A stretch of 64,000 nucleotides of DNA from Limisphaerales bacterium (GCA_046593035.1 JBKJSC010000201.1:2273-66272), one strand, 5' to 3'; positions 19,044 to 29,755 are shown, counted from the stretch's first letter. The notes: generated by a model not told the origin, from the letters alone. Numbers and translations are program-made.

Positions 19044-19120
19044 AACTCGCATCTCCAAACGAAAAGACCCTGGCGCACGGGAAATTTGACGCCCGGCACT
19101 TCGCGCCCCTAAACTGCGCC

Positions 19121-20197
19121 GTGCATCTGGCTCATCTGCGGCTTCGCGACTTCCGCAACTACGCGCGGTTGGACGTGGATTTTTCGCCGGGGTTCCATCT
19201 GCTGCTCGGCGACAACGCGCAGGGCAAGACCAATGTTCTGGAGGCGATTTACCTGCTCGCCACGCTGCGCTCGTTTCGGGGCGTGGGTGGCGCACACATG
19301 ATCCGCCACGGTGCGAAGGGTTACTTCGTCGGGGCCAAAGTCGTCGGGCAGGGCGAGCGTGAAATCAAAATGTATTGGTCCGCGAGCGAACGGAAATTGA
19401 GCCTGGATGCGCAGCCGGTGCGCAAGCTCACCGATTATTTCGGCGCGCTGCGGGCCGTGGTATTTTGCACGGAGGATCTGCAGCTCGTCAAAGGCGCGGC
19501 GCGCATCCGGCGGCGTTTTCTGGACTTGCTGCTGGCACAGACGCACGCGCCGTACCTGCCGTTGCTGCAGCGTTACGCCTTGGCGCTCCGCTCGCGCAAT
19601 GCCCTGCTCAAGCACCGCACCATCGACGAGGCGGAACTGGAAAGTTTTTCGCACGAGGTCGTGCAGGTTGGCAATCAGCTCATCGCCCTGCGCCGTGAAT
19701 TGCTCCCGCGCCTCTCGCCGCTGGCGCGCCTCGCGTACCGGCGCATCTCCTGCGATGCCGAGGAACTACGGCTAGAATATCAGTCCAGCGTGAAGCAGGA
19801 TTTTGCGGTGGAACTGGCGCAATCGCGCGCGCGCGAACGGACGTATCGCTCCACGCTCATCGGGCCGCATCGCGACGACCTGGGGTTGCTGCTCAACGAC
19901 CGTTCCGCCGCGCAGTTCGCGAGCGAGGGACAAAAGCGCACGCTGGCCATTGCGCTCAAGCTGGCGCAGGCCGAATACCTCACCGGCATTCATGGCGCGC
20001 CGCCGGTGCTGTTGATCGACGACGTGATGGGCGAACTGGATGCGAAGCGCCGTGCCGGATTTCTGCCTCTGCTCGACCGCGCCCACCACGCGCGCGGGCA
20101 AGTCTTCATGACGTGCACGGAGCAGAACTGGCCGCAGGAACTGGGACGGAAATTACAACGCTGGGAAGTGAAGGCGGGAACGCTGAAGCAATTTTAG
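19121..20197 (+). CDS. recF: DNA replication/repair protein RecF
   Basis: GTG start HLAHLRLRDFRNY; GDNAQGKTN; GPHRDDL; ASEGQKR; LLIDDVMGELD. Confidence 0.95.
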   Translation: MHLAHLRLRDFRNYARLDVDFSPGFHLLLGDNAQGKTNVLEAIYLLATLRSFRGVGGAHMIRHGAKGYFVGAKVVGQGEREIKMYWSASERKLSLDAQPVRKLTDYFGALRAVVFCTEDLQLVKGAARIRRRFLDLLLAQTHAPYLPLLQRYALALRSRNALLKHRTIDEAELESFSHEVVQVGNQLIALRRELLPRLSPLARLAYRRISCDAEELRLEYQSSVKQDFAVELAQSRARERTYRSTLIGPHRDDLGLLLNDRSAAQFASEGQKRTLAIALKLAQAEYLTGIHGAPPVLLIDDVMGELDAKRRAGFLPLLDRAHHARGQVFMTCTEQNWPQELGRKLQRWEVKAGTLKQF

Positions 20198-20205
20198 CGG
20201 TTCAT

Positions 20206-20715
20206 TTACTTCTGCTCAACGATCTCCAAATACTTCGGATTTGGGTGCAATGTGTCTAGCCCTTCCGAATTCATCCGCGAATGAACTAGCCGGCCAAGGT
20301 CAACCGTGATTCCTGCAAAATTACCATCCAAAATCTCGGCTAAAAGTCTGTCGATTGTGGCAACAGAAATGTAATCGACCCTTTTCAGTTTAACACATCG
20401 CAACAAGGTGTCTTTCTTCACGAGGGTGTATTGGGGCCATTGCTTCGGATTCGCCTTGAAGGTTTCAATCCTCAGTATCTCATAGACGCCATCCGTGATC
20501 TCCACATGACCATCAGAATACAAAACATCACCATCTTTGACACCGCTCGAAATCATCAAATCTTGCTTCAGCTTTACCAGTTTGCCGGGTCCGAACTCAC
20601 CCCAAAGAACACCAGTCTTTGGAATCTCATAAGTCCGTGACTGTCTAAAAACAGGCCCTTGGCAACCTGTCCAGGTTAGCAAACACAAGCATGTCACCAG
20701 AAGACAATATCTCAT
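20206..20715 (-). CDS. Orphan lipoprotein, AT-rich
   Basis: MRYCLLVTCLCLLTWTG-C lipobox-like leader; two sampled lines about 38-45% GC. Confidence 0.65.
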   Translation of the reverse strand: MRYCLLVTCLCLLTWTGCQGPVFRQSRTYEIPKTGVLWGEFGPGKLVKLKQDLMISSGVKDGDVLYSDGHVEITDGVYEILRIETFKANPKQWPQYTLVKKDTLLRCVKLKRVDYISVATIDRLLAEILDGNFAGITVDLGRLVHSRMNSEGLDTLHPNPKYLEIVEQK

Positions 20716-20768
20716 ACGGACAAAGTTGGATGTTGCATGGTGAATGTTAGCTACGCTCACATGTTAAG

Positions 20769-21656
20769 TTAAACCAGCGCGAGATTCTTCAAGATGCGCG
20801 TGGCCGTGGCCGCTTTGTTCAGCGTGTAGAGGTGCAGGCCGGGCGCGCCGCCGCGCAGCAGTTCTTCACATTGGCGCGTGGCGTATTCGATGCCGAACTC
20901 CGCCGTCGCCGCGTCGTCGTGACCCAGTTGATCGAGCTTTTCCAGCAGCGGTTGCGGGATGCTCGCGCCGCAAATCGTGGTGAAGCGTTTGATCTGCGCC
21001 GCGCCGGAGATCGGCAGGATGCCGGGGAAAATCGGCACGTTCACGCCGAGCTTCGCCAGATGATCGCGCATGGCAAAGTAGTCGCGGTTGTCGAAGAAAA
21101 GCTGGGTGATCACGAAATCCGCGCCGCAATCAACCTTGGCCTTGAGCCGTTGCCAGTCCACCTGCCGGCCTTGGGTGCAGGCGATGTGGCCTTCGGGAAA
21201 GCCCGCCGTGCCGATGCAAAAGCCGCCGACTTCGCGGATGAATTCCACGAGCTGGTAGGAATACTCGAAGCCGCCGGGCACCGGTTTCCATTCACCTACA
21301 CCGCCAGGCGGATCACCACGCAACGCCAGAATGTTTTTGATGCCGAGCGCGCGGGCCTGTTCCAGCACCTCGCGCAGTTGCTCCTTCGTCGAGCCGACAC
21401 AGGTGAGGTGGGCCATGGCCGGCACGCCGTGTTCGCGCTGGATGCGGTCCACGATGCCGAGAGTTTTCTCACGCGTGCTGCCTCCCGCGCCGTAGGTGAC
21501 GGAGCAGTAGGCCGGCTTGAGCGCAAAGAGCGCGGGCAGCGTTTTCTCAAACAGTGCGCGGTCGCCTTCGCTTGTCTTGGGCGGAAAGAACTCGAACGAA
21601 ATGACCGGCTGGCCTGCCGCCATTTTCGCCGCGTTGATGTCTCGAATAAATTGCAT
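20769..21656 (-). CDS. metF: 5,10-methylenetetrahydrofolate reductase
   Basis: SFEFFPPK, SVTYGAGGS, AHLTC, LALRGDPP, ITQLFFDN and HLYTLN. Confidence 0.97.
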   Translation of the reverse strand: MQFIRDINAAKMAAGQPVISFEFFPPKTSEGDRALFEKTLPALFALKPAYCSVTYGAGGSTREKTLGIVDRIQREHGVPAMAHLTCVGSTKEQLREVLEQARALGIKNILALRGDPPGGVGEWKPVPGGFEYSYQLVEFIREVGGFCIGTAGFPEGHIACTQGRQVDWQRLKAKVDCGADFVITQLFFDNRDYFAMRDHLAKLGVNVPIFPGILPISGAAQIKRFTTICGASIPQPLLEKLDQLGHDDAATAEFGIEYATRQCEELLRGGAPGLHLYTLNKAATATRILKNLALV

Positions 21657-21732
21657 CGGCGTCAAGTGTTGCAGGATGGCGGGGAGGATTCAAGTGTTCG
21701 GCAAAATACCTGATCCGCCGGCTTCAGGTTTC

Positions 21733-21761
21733 TTTCCTGCTTTCCTGTCTTCCTGATTCAA
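21733..21761. repeat. Single arm of the 8-nt (TTCCTG) tandem element
   Basis: tttcctgc tttcctgt cttcctgattcaa; matches the element at 55134-55201. Confidence 0.6.
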
Positions 21762-21776
21762 GGTTACTGTCCGCCC

Positions 21777-22742
21777 ATGCGAATTTTGTCAGGCATCCAA
21801 CCGTCCGGCGCGCTGCATCTGGGCAATTATTTTGGGATGATGCAGCCGGCCATCGAACTGGAGAAACGCGGCGAGACGTTTTATTTCATCGCCAACTACC
21901 ATTCGATGACGTCGCTGTTCGATGCGGCCGAGCGTCGTAAAAACACGCTCGACGTGGCGCTGGATTTTCTCGCCTGCGGCCTCAACCCGCAGAAGTCCGT
22001 GTTTTTCCGCCAGTCGGATGTGCCGGAGGTTACGGAGTTGACCTGGTTGCTGAACACCGTGACGCCGATGGGGCTGCTGGAGCGTTGCCACAGCTACAAG
22101 GACAAAATCGCCCGTGGCGTTTCGCCGAACCACGGCTTGTTCGCTTACCCGGTGCTCATGGCGGCGGACATTTTGATTTATGACTCAAACGTCGTTCCCG
22201 TGGGCCGCGATCAGAAACAGCACGTCGAGGTCACGCGCGACATTGCCATCAAATTCAACGAGCTTTACGGCCAGACATTTGTAATTCCGGAGCCGCAGAT
22301 TCGCGACGAGGTCGCCGTGGTGCCCGGCACCGACGGACAGAAGATGAGCAAGAGCTACGGCAACACGATTGAGATTTTCGGCGAGGAAAAGGCGACGCGT
22401 AAAAAAATCATGTCACTCATCATGGACAGTCGCACGCCGCAGGAGCCGAAGCCCGACGCGGAGAAAAACCTCGCCATTCAACTGCTTAAACTTGTAGCGC
22501 CCGCCGACGTGGCGCGCGACTTTGAAGACCGCCTCCGCGCGGGCGGCCTGGGCTACGGCGATTTGAAGAAGGCGTTGTTTGAACACTACTGGAATCATTT
22601 CGCCGCCGCGCGGGCGAAGCGGGTAGAGCTAGCGGCCAATCTGGATTACGTTCGCCAAGTGCTGCGCGACGGTGCCGTGAAGGCGCAGACGCTGGCGCGA
22701 ACCGTGTTGAAGCGCGCCAAAGTGGCGAGCGGGCTGGATTAA
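21777..22742 (+). CDS. trpS: Tryptophan--tRNA ligase
   Basis: SGIQPSGALHLGNY, YPVLMAADIL, VPVGRDQKQH and KMSKS. Confidence 0.98.
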   Translation: MRILSGIQPSGALHLGNYFGMMQPAIELEKRGETFYFIANYHSMTSLFDAAERRKNTLDVALDFLACGLNPQKSVFFRQSDVPEVTELTWLLNTVTPMGLLERCHSYKDKIARGVSPNHGLFAYPVLMAADILIYDSNVVPVGRDQKQHVEVTRDIAIKFNELYGQTFVIPEPQIRDEVAVVPGTDGQKMSKSYGNTIEIFGEEKATRKKIMSLIMDSRTPQEPKPDAEKNLAIQLLKLVAPADVARDFEDRLRAGGLGYGDLKKALFEHYWNHFAAARAKRVELAANLDYVRQVLRDGAVKAQTLARTVLKRAKVASGLD

Positions 22743-22773
22743 GCCGGGGGGGCACCACGGCGGCTCGCGACAG

Positions 22774-23550
22774 CTACTTCGCCGACTTCCGTTCGTGCGC
22801 GAGAAACCACTCGTAGAGTTTCGGATTGTCGTAGGTTTCGGTCCACGAATCGTGTTGCGCTTCGGGATACACCGTCAGTTCCACCTCCTTGCAGCCGGCG
22901 CGTTTGGCGGCGTCCACCATCCGCTCGGACTCCGAGAGTTTCACCACCGGATCTTTCGCGCCGTGAAACGCCCAAATGGGCAGAGATTTCATGGCCGCCT
23001 GTTTCTTGGTGTCGGGAAGCAATGTCATGATTGGATCACCCCCGCCACAAATCGGCGCGATGGCCGCGAAACGCTCCGGATACGCGAGGCCGAGGCTCCA
23101 CGTCCCAAAACCGCCCATGCTCAAACCGGTCAAATAAACGCGGCTGGCATCCACTTTGTGATTGGCGATCACGTCGTCGAGCAGGCCGAGCAACACGTCA
23201 TTATCCCAACGCTGGCCCGACGGGCATTGCGGTGAAACGATGATGAACTCCATCTCTTTCTTGTTCTTCACCAGTTTGGGCGGGCCGTGGAAAGCCACCT
23301 TGGAAACGTCCGTGCCGCGTTCGCCCGCGCCGTGCAGGAACAGGATCAACGGCCATTTTTTTTTGCCCTTGGCCTCGTAGTCCTTCGGCAGATACAGCAG
23401 ATAATTCGCGCTGACGGCCTTGGTGATCTTGCCTTCGAAGGTAAGTTTCTTTTGCATGAGTTCCGGATCGGTTTCCTGGGCGGACAGAGTGGTGAGGCTC
23501 AACCAGGCGGCCGTTCCAACGGCTACCCAGATTAATTTAGACATTCGCAT
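22774..23550 (-). CDS. Secreted alpha/beta hydrolase (predicted peptidase/carboxylesterase)
   Basis: FLHGAGERG, GLSMGG nucleophile elbow, FHGAKD and HDSW. Confidence 0.88.
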   Translation of the reverse strand: MRMSKLIWVAVGTAAWLSLTTLSAQETDPELMQKKLTFEGKITKAVSANYLLYLPKDYEAKGKKKWPLILFLHGAGERGTDVSKVAFHGPPKLVKNKKEMEFIIVSPQCPSGQRWDNDVLLGLLDDVIANHKVDASRVYLTGLSMGGFGTWSLGLAYPERFAAIAPICGGGDPIMTLLPDTKKQAAMKSLPIWAFHGAKDPVVKLSESERMVDAAKRAGCKEVELTVYPEAQHDSWTETYDNPKLYEWFLAHERKSAK

Positions 23551-23600
23551 AATTCTTTCCTTCGTCAGCAATTTCGACACTCACCGAGCGTCGCTACAGT

Positions 23601-24572
23601 TCACATGAGTTTCAATTTCGGCAAATCCTGCGAGTCCACCAGACCGACGGGCTGGCGCTTCGCATTGACGACGATGAGATCGTCGATGTTCCGTTCATTG
23701 AAAATCTTCAGCGCCTCGGCGGCAAGCGCTTCCTCCCGGATGCTGATGGGATTCCGCGTCATCACCTCGGCCAGCGAGCGGGCGAGCAATTGATCATCCG
23801 CCGCCATTCGCCGGCGAAAATCGCCGTCCGTGAACACGCCGGCAAGTTTGCCGCGCCCGTCCACCACGCTCAAACTGCCGGACTTCGCCTGCGTCATCAC
23901 GAGCAACGCCTCTTTAACGGTGCGCGTTTGCGCGGCCATGGCGTTGCGCTCACCGGTGCGCATGATGTCGCGTACCCTGACGAGCAGCGCGCGACCAATC
24001 GCGCCGCTGGGATGGTGCCGGGCAAAATCTTTTTGCGTAAAGCCGCGCGCTTGCAGGACGGTCATCGCGAGAGCATCGCCCATCACCAGCATCGCCGTGG
24101 TGCTGGCCGTGGGCGCGAGGTTGAACGGGCAGGCTTCCTTGGGCACGCGCACGTTGAGCACCACGTCGCTGTGGCGTGCTACGGTGGATTTGAGCGCGCC
24201 GGTGAACGCAATGATTTTGACGGAGAAACGTTTCAAGGCCGGGAGCAAATTCACCAACTCCTCCGACTCGCCAGAGTAACTGAGCACGAGAATCACATCG
24301 CCGTCGTTGACGATTCCAAGGTCACCATGGAGAGCGTCCACGCTGTTGAGCACCACGCTCGTCGAGCCGGTGCTGGTGAGGGTGGCGGCAATTTTTCGGC
24401 CGATGTTGCCCGACTTGCCGATGCCCACGACCACAATTTTCGCGCGCTGCCCCAAGGCGGTGGTGATGGTTTCCACCGCGGAATCAAACGCCTCATCCAA
24501 CTGGGCGCGCACAGCTTTGAGCGCGGAAAGCTCCACGTCGAAAACCTGGCGCGCTTGGGCGAGATGACTCAT
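23601..24572 (-). CDS. kdsD: Arabinose-5-phosphate isomerase (KpsF/GutQ; SIS + CBS)
   Basis: GIGKSG, HGDLG, EACPFNLAPTAST, HPSGAIG and a CBS pair. Confidence 0.93.
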   Translation of the reverse strand: MSHLAQARQVFDVELSALKAVRAQLDEAFDSAVETITTALGQRAKIVVVGIGKSGNIGRKIAATLTSTGSTSVVLNSVDALHGDLGIVNDGDVILVLSYSGESEELVNLLPALKRFSVKIIAFTGALKSTVARHSDVVLNVRVPKEACPFNLAPTASTTAMLVMGDALAMTVLQARGFTQKDFARHHPSGAIGRALLVRVRDIMRTGERNAMAAQTRTVKEALLVMTQAKSGSLSVVDGRGKLAGVFTDGDFRRRMAADDQLLARSLAEVMTRNPISIREEALAAEALKIFNERNIDDLIVVNAKRQPVGLVDSQDLPKLKLM

Positions 24573-24631
24573 GCGCGCGAGCATGGCAGCAGCCCGGAGG
24601 AGTTTCAACGCTGAATGCCGGGGGACAACTT

Positions 24632-24792
24632 TTTGCCACGGATGGAACACGGACGGAACACGGATAATAAAACTCCGCAGCGCGTCTGCCTTCCGAGTGT
24701 AACTCATCAACTGGCAACTCGAACTCACGCTTCAAAACCAAACTGATGACTCGTCTTGTCGGTGTTTCGTCCGTGTTCCATCCTTGGCGAAA
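24632..24792. repeat. Inverted repeat element with 11-nt tandem units
   Basis: ttgccacggatggaacacggacggaacacggat ... tcggtgtttcgtccgtgttccatccttggcgaa. Confidence 0.8.
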
Positions 24793-24804
24793 GATCGATC
24801 TCGG

Positions 24805-26715
24805 CTAAGGCTGCATGGCGCCGCAGCGAACGTCACCGGCGGCTTCAAGGTAAGCGAGTAGGTCGAGGATTTGATCCTTGGTCAGCAGATTCAGCAGGCC
24901 CAGTGGCATCAAGGACGAGTTTTGCAACTCGCGTTTTTTTATGTCCGATTTCTTCACCGACCGGATCAACGCGTCCGAGGGACCGGTATGAACCGTCAGT
25001 GTTTCCCCTTCCTCCTTCATGATCATGCCGGGAAATTCGTCGCCGTCCTTCAGCTCGAATTGATAATTGCGGTAACGGTCCGCGATGACTAGCGACGGTT
25101 CGAGTATCTGGCGCAAGACTTCGGCGCGATCATTTTTGTATCGCTTGAGCACGTCTCCCAACTCCGGCCCGTACGCATAGCCTTCCTTGCCGAGTTTGTG
25201 ACATTGCACACACGCGAGTTTTTGAAAGCTCTCCTTGCCGCCGGCGAGGTTGCGACCGGCGCCAACCTTCGGCAAATCGGGCAGCAAATCATCCAGCTTC
25301 CATTCGGTCATCACCGGCTCCGGCGTGACCGCGCGTTTGGCCAGGTAGGCTTCGACATCCTGTACGACGGCGAGCGTGCCCACCATGCGGCGCCAGTGGC
25401 CGGGAAACGTGCAGACATACTGGTAATCGCCCGGCTCCGTCGGCGCGGTGAAGCTGAGTTTAACCTGCTGGCCGGGTTCCGCCATTTTTGTCGCGTGTAG
25501 AACCTTGAGCGAATTGGGCACGTGAATGCGACCTAGGGCATCCGGTTCCGGGGCCATCGTTTCGGCGGCTCCGCCGACCTCTTCCAGTGCGCCGGGCGCG
25601 ATGACGACGAGATTGTGCGGCATGGCGTCCTCGTTGATGAGAATGATCTGCACGGGCTTGCCGGCTTCCACGACGATGAGCGATTTGTCATAAAGCATCT
25701 GCTCGGTGATGGTGCGAACGACGAAGACGCTGACGCCCATGGCGCGGAGAGTTTTGCCGGCCGCCTTGGCCTCCTCCGGCGGGAGAAGCGTGGCAAGATC
25801 TGTGGCGAACTGAAACGCGCTGATCACGTCCGGCTCGGTGCGCTGTTCCACGGGCACCTTCTGTAAAAAGGCAACGAGACTTTCAATCAACGCCGCCGCC
25901 TGTTCTTTCGGCCAGGCCCTGCGCGGAAGGCGCTGGAGGCTGGCAACGGCGGCGTTGCGTTCCGTCCCGGATTTCACGAGCGTGGCGAGCGTGTTGAACG
26001 TTTCCGCATCGTGACCGGGCAGGGCGGCGATGGCCGTGATGGCTGCGCGGCGCACCTCCGCCGGATCGGCCTGGTGCAGGAGCGGTTCGACTTTCGGATA
26101 AAGTGCGGCGCGCAGGTTCGCGTCGCGGAGCAGCGGAATGGCGAGGAGCAAATCCGCCCGCTTGGCGGCGTCGGCTTCGGTTTGTTGCCAGCACTTGTCG
26201 GCCGATCCATCGGCGGTCATCAGCGCGGCGTAGCCAATCTGACGGCCCAACGGCGATTGTGAATCACTCGCGAGCTTTTCCAAGCCGTCGCGTTTTGGGG
26301 TGAGATCGGCGGCTTTATTCTGGAGCAGCAGCGCGGCAAGTTCACGGAGAACCGATTCCGCTTCTTCGCCTTTCTTGTCGAGTTCACCGAGGCCGCCGAT
26401 CAGTTCGGTGAGTGGATCGGTGGTGCGAGCCTTCGCCAGACCGGCCAGCGCTTCGAGCCGGAATTTTTTATCAAGGCCTTTGCGCTGGAGCAACGCGACA
26501 TAGACGAACTCGCTGCGTGGCGCTTCGCTCAGTTCCTTGTTCGAGAGACGGCCGAGGACGTAAGCCGCAGCCGTCGCGCTTTTGGGCAGGAACAGGGTTT
26601 TCTTCGGCGGCTCATCGGCGGCGCGTACCGGCGAAAATGCCAGCAGGACAGCCAGCAGAGTGCGAAGCAGGGCCGCCGATGCCCAGGTGTTAGGCGTCCA
26701 GACCGGCCAACTCAT
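24805..26715 (-). CDS. HEAT-repeat + azurin/plastocyanin + c-type cytochrome protein (PVC-type)
   Basis: Type-1 copper ligands MPHN...CTFPGHWRRM; CVQCH; GPEL...ILEPS...SLMPLGL heme-binding domain. Start inferred. Confidence 0.85.
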   Translation of the reverse strand: MSWPVWTPNTWASAALLRTLLAVLLAFSPVRAADEPPKKTLFLPKSATAAAYVLGRLSNKELSEAPRSEFVYVALLQRKGLDKKFRLEALAGLAKARTTDPLTELIGGLGELDKKGEEAESVLRELAALLLQNKAADLTPKRDGLEKLASDSQSPLGRQIGYAALMTADGSADKCWQQTEADAAKRADLLLAIPLLRDANLRAALYPKVEPLLHQADPAEVRRAAITAIAALPGHDAETFNTLATLVKSGTERNAAVASLQRLPRRAWPKEQAAALIESLVAFLQKVPVEQRTEPDVISAFQFATDLATLLPPEEAKAAGKTLRAMGVSVFVVRTITEQMLYDKSLIVVEAGKPVQIILINEDAMPHNLVVIAPGALEEVGGAAETMAPEPDALGRIHVPNSLKVLHATKMAEPGQQVKLSFTAPTEPGDYQYVCTFPGHWRRMVGTLAVVQDVEAYLAKRAVTPEPVMTEWKLDDLLPDLPKVGAGRNLAGGKESFQKLACVQCHKLGKEGYAYGPELGDVLKRYKNDRAEVLRQILEPSLVIADRYRNYQFELKDGDEFPGMIMKEEGETLTVHTGPSDALIRSVKKSDIKKRELQNSSLMPLGLLNLLTKDQILDLLAYLEAAGDVRCGAMQP

Positions 26716-27019
26716 TTCTGTGCTCCTCCAAATAACGGAGAATCTTTGGTCGTGAGCGATCGTAAACTCGATTAAAGAAAATCTGTAGGCCGACCATTTC
26801 TGCGAACACGGAAAAAATGATGGGGCCAACCCAAGAATCATTCGTAATGCATCTGCCGATCCAGAGACTAAAAACTTGGACCATCGGAAGGACAAAATAC
26901 AGAAACCAACGATTTAGAGACAAAACGTCTGCGATACAAGCGTCGTAAACGATCCGAATCTGCTTGTCCGATAATTCACTTAACTCCGGGATCTGCCTTA
27001 GTGACCAATAGATTTTCAT
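26690..27019 (-). CDS. Small orphan membrane protein, AT-rich
   Basis: 109 aa starting MKIYWSLRQIPELSEL, two hydrophobic segments; low GC against its flanks. Confidence 0.6.
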   Translation of the reverse strand: MKIYWSLRQIPELSELSDKQIRIVYDACIADVLSLNRWFLYFVLPMVQVFSLWIGRCITNDSWVGPIIFSVFAEMVGLQIFFNRVYDRSRPKILRYLEEHRNELAGLDA

Positions 27020-27068
27020 AGGTGCAGCGCGCTTAATTCAGAAACGTCCCGCGATACAAGTTCACCGG

Positions 27069-29755
27069 CTACTTCATATACTTGTCCAATGCCTTCATAG
27101 TTTCGTCGAGGCAATACTTGATGTAGTAATCCGGCTTGGCCGGATCCTTTTCCTTTTCGAGCACTTGCAGGGCGACTTCCGCTGCCTTGGCAGTCTTGAA
27201 GAAGCTGCAGGCGCGCACGGCTTCGAGGCGGACGCGCGGATGCTCGTCGTTGGCCTGCACACTCAGCAACGCCAGCGGATCGGTGACGCGGTCGCGCCAG
27301 TAGCAGAGCACGCGCGTGGCGGCGGCGCGGGCATGGTAATTAGGGGAGCGCAGCATCTGCTTGAGCAATGCTTCGTCCACGACGTTGTGCCATTGATGCA
27401 CCCAGAGCGCTTCCGTCAGGTGGTGCTCGTAGTCTTTGTCGGTCTTGTCGAGTTTCGCGGTCCATTTCTTCACCGCCGCGACGACCTTCGCGCTGTCGTG
27501 CTTGCCCAGTTCGATTTTCGCGCGCGTGCGGACATCATTCTCCGGTTCCTTGAGCGCATTGAGCAGCGCCTCGATGGGCTGGCCGTCAATTTTCACCGGC
27601 TTGAGCAACGGCCGGCCTTCGTAAGTGATGCGATAAATGCGGCCATGAGATTTGTCGCGATGCGGATCGCGAATGTGGTGTTGCATGTGGCCAATGATCT
27701 CCTTGGCCCAGTCGCAAAAATAGATCGAACCATCGGGGGCAACCGTGAGGCAGATCGGCCGGAAATTGGGAATCTTGTCGTTGTCTCCCTTGATAAAATC
27801 TTCCACGGTTTCACCCTTGAGGCCGGAGCCTTCCTCCGAGAACTTGGCCTGGAAAATCCCCTGGAATCCAATGACGTTGGCATTGAGGAAATTGCCCTGG
27901 AACTGTTCGGGGAAATGGCGGCTGCTCAGGATGGCGGTGCCGGGGCACGGACGGGACGGGCGCGCCCAGAATTCTTTCATGGTGGCGTGCTTGAGCGGTT
28001 CGGGAATGAAACCGCTGAAAGCCGGGGCGAAGTAGTTCGCGTTGCCGGTGGCGTCGGTGATGATGTCGTTGCCCCAGTAATCAAACACGCGTCCGTGCGG
28101 GTTGGCAAAACCGTAGGGGACGTAACGCTCGAATTTTCCCGTGCGCGGTTCAAAACGATAGATGCAACCGTCGCTGTTCCGCACCGGTCCAGCCGCCGTC
28201 TCCACCTGGGTGCGGTGGAAACGCCATCGCTCAGATACGTCGCGCCACCGGGATCGAGCACCATGGCGTTGGCCGTGTGGTGCGAGTCCGCGGAGTCCAT
28301 GCCCATGAGCACGCGCTCTTTCCAGTCGGCCTTGCCATCGCCATTGGTGTCGCGCACGAACCAGAGATCCGGGGCCTGCATGACGAGCACGCCGTCCTTG
28401 TAAAATTGAAAACCGGTCGGGCAATTCAAGCCGTCGAGGAACGTCGTGACCTTTGTCGGTTTGCCATCGGGGCCGAGGTCAAACACCAGCAGTTTGTCGA
28501 AGACCTTGTCGGTGGGGCGGAGTTCCGGATAGCTCGGCCACGCGGCGACCCAAAGCCGGCCTTTCGTGTCGAAATTCATTTGCACCGGGCTGACCAATTC
28601 CGGGTGGGTCTCTTCGCTCGCGACGAGCGTTACTTTGAAACCCTTCGGCACAGTCATGTATTTGATCGCTTCTTCGCCGCTGAGGAACGGTTTGATGTCG
28701 GGCTTGTTGGATTCAACCTTCGTCACTTCCGGTAGGTTGGAGTCATCCACCTTCAAATCGCCACCTTTGGCCACGGCCCAGACGCGTTGATCGCGATTGG
28801 CGGTCTTCACGTCGCGCTGCGACATTTCCTCCTGCATCACTTTGTAATTGGAAATGTAGGGCGGTTGTGCGTCGCGGGTGTCGCTCTTGAACGCGCCCAC
28901 ACCGGGCGCAAAGGCCAGCTTCGAACGGCCACCATAGACATTGTAGCCGTCCACGGTGCGGTAACGCGCATGCCACTCGGCATTTTTCTCGTTGATGGCG
29001 GCACGAAGTTTGGCGAAGTTGCCGGTCGGCGCGGTTTCGCCGAATAGAGCGCGGAAAATTTCAGGTGCAACGGTCTTGTCGCCCGCCTCGGTCAGGTGAA
29101 TTCCGTTGAAGGTGAGGGCTTGTTTTTTCTTGGCGGCTTGCGTGTAAAGTTCTTGGGACATCGGGAACAAATCCACGAGGGGCACGTCGTTGGCTTTGGC
29201 CACTTCGGCCATGGCGGCGGCGTATTTCTGCAGGTTGTCGTTGTTCACCTTCGGGTCGGCCCGGTTCGGATCGGTGAGCTTTTCGGCGGCGACCGGCGAG
29301 AACAGCACCACGCGCGGCGCGCCTTTGCCGTTGTAATTCTTCGTCTTGGAATCTTTGAGAAACTTGTCGAGGTCCTGCTTGAACTTGGCGAGGCCGGTGT
29401 CGCCACCGAAAGATTCATTGAAACCAAAGCAGGCGAAAATCACATCCGCCTTGGCCTTGGTCAGCCATTCGTCGCGCGTGCCGAAGTTCTCGGAACGATG
29501 CCAGGTGGCGACTTCGTCACCGGAGGCGGAGAGGTTGCGGAAAACAAGGTCATGCTTGGGAAAACGCGCGACGGTCAGCGTTTCGAGCCAGCCATGGTGT
29601 TGCATCCGGTCGCCGAACGCATTTCCGATAATTGCGATGTGATCGCCCGGGTTGAGGGCGAGAGGCTGGGCGGCGATGGCCGGGGCTGATCCCAGAATCA
29701 CCACGGCGAGGACGGCGGGCAAAAGTGTTCTCACGGACAAGAGGACGCGATTCAT
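27069..29755 (-). pseudogene. PVC-type GDSL/SGNH + beta-propeller dehydrogenase-like + HEAT protein, frameshifted near 28220 (real mutation or sequencing error)
   Basis: ORFs 27977-29755 and 27069-28424 join as ...YLSDGV|FHRTQVET... if one T is added to the GTTTC run. Confidence 0.85.

Noticed and set aside
18686-19120. N-terminal extension of RecF in the ORF track
   Set aside because: It overlaps the divergent gene and a REP; RecF similarity begins at the GTG at 19121. Similar spurious extensions occur for kdsD (to 24728) and the azurin-domain gene (to 26895).
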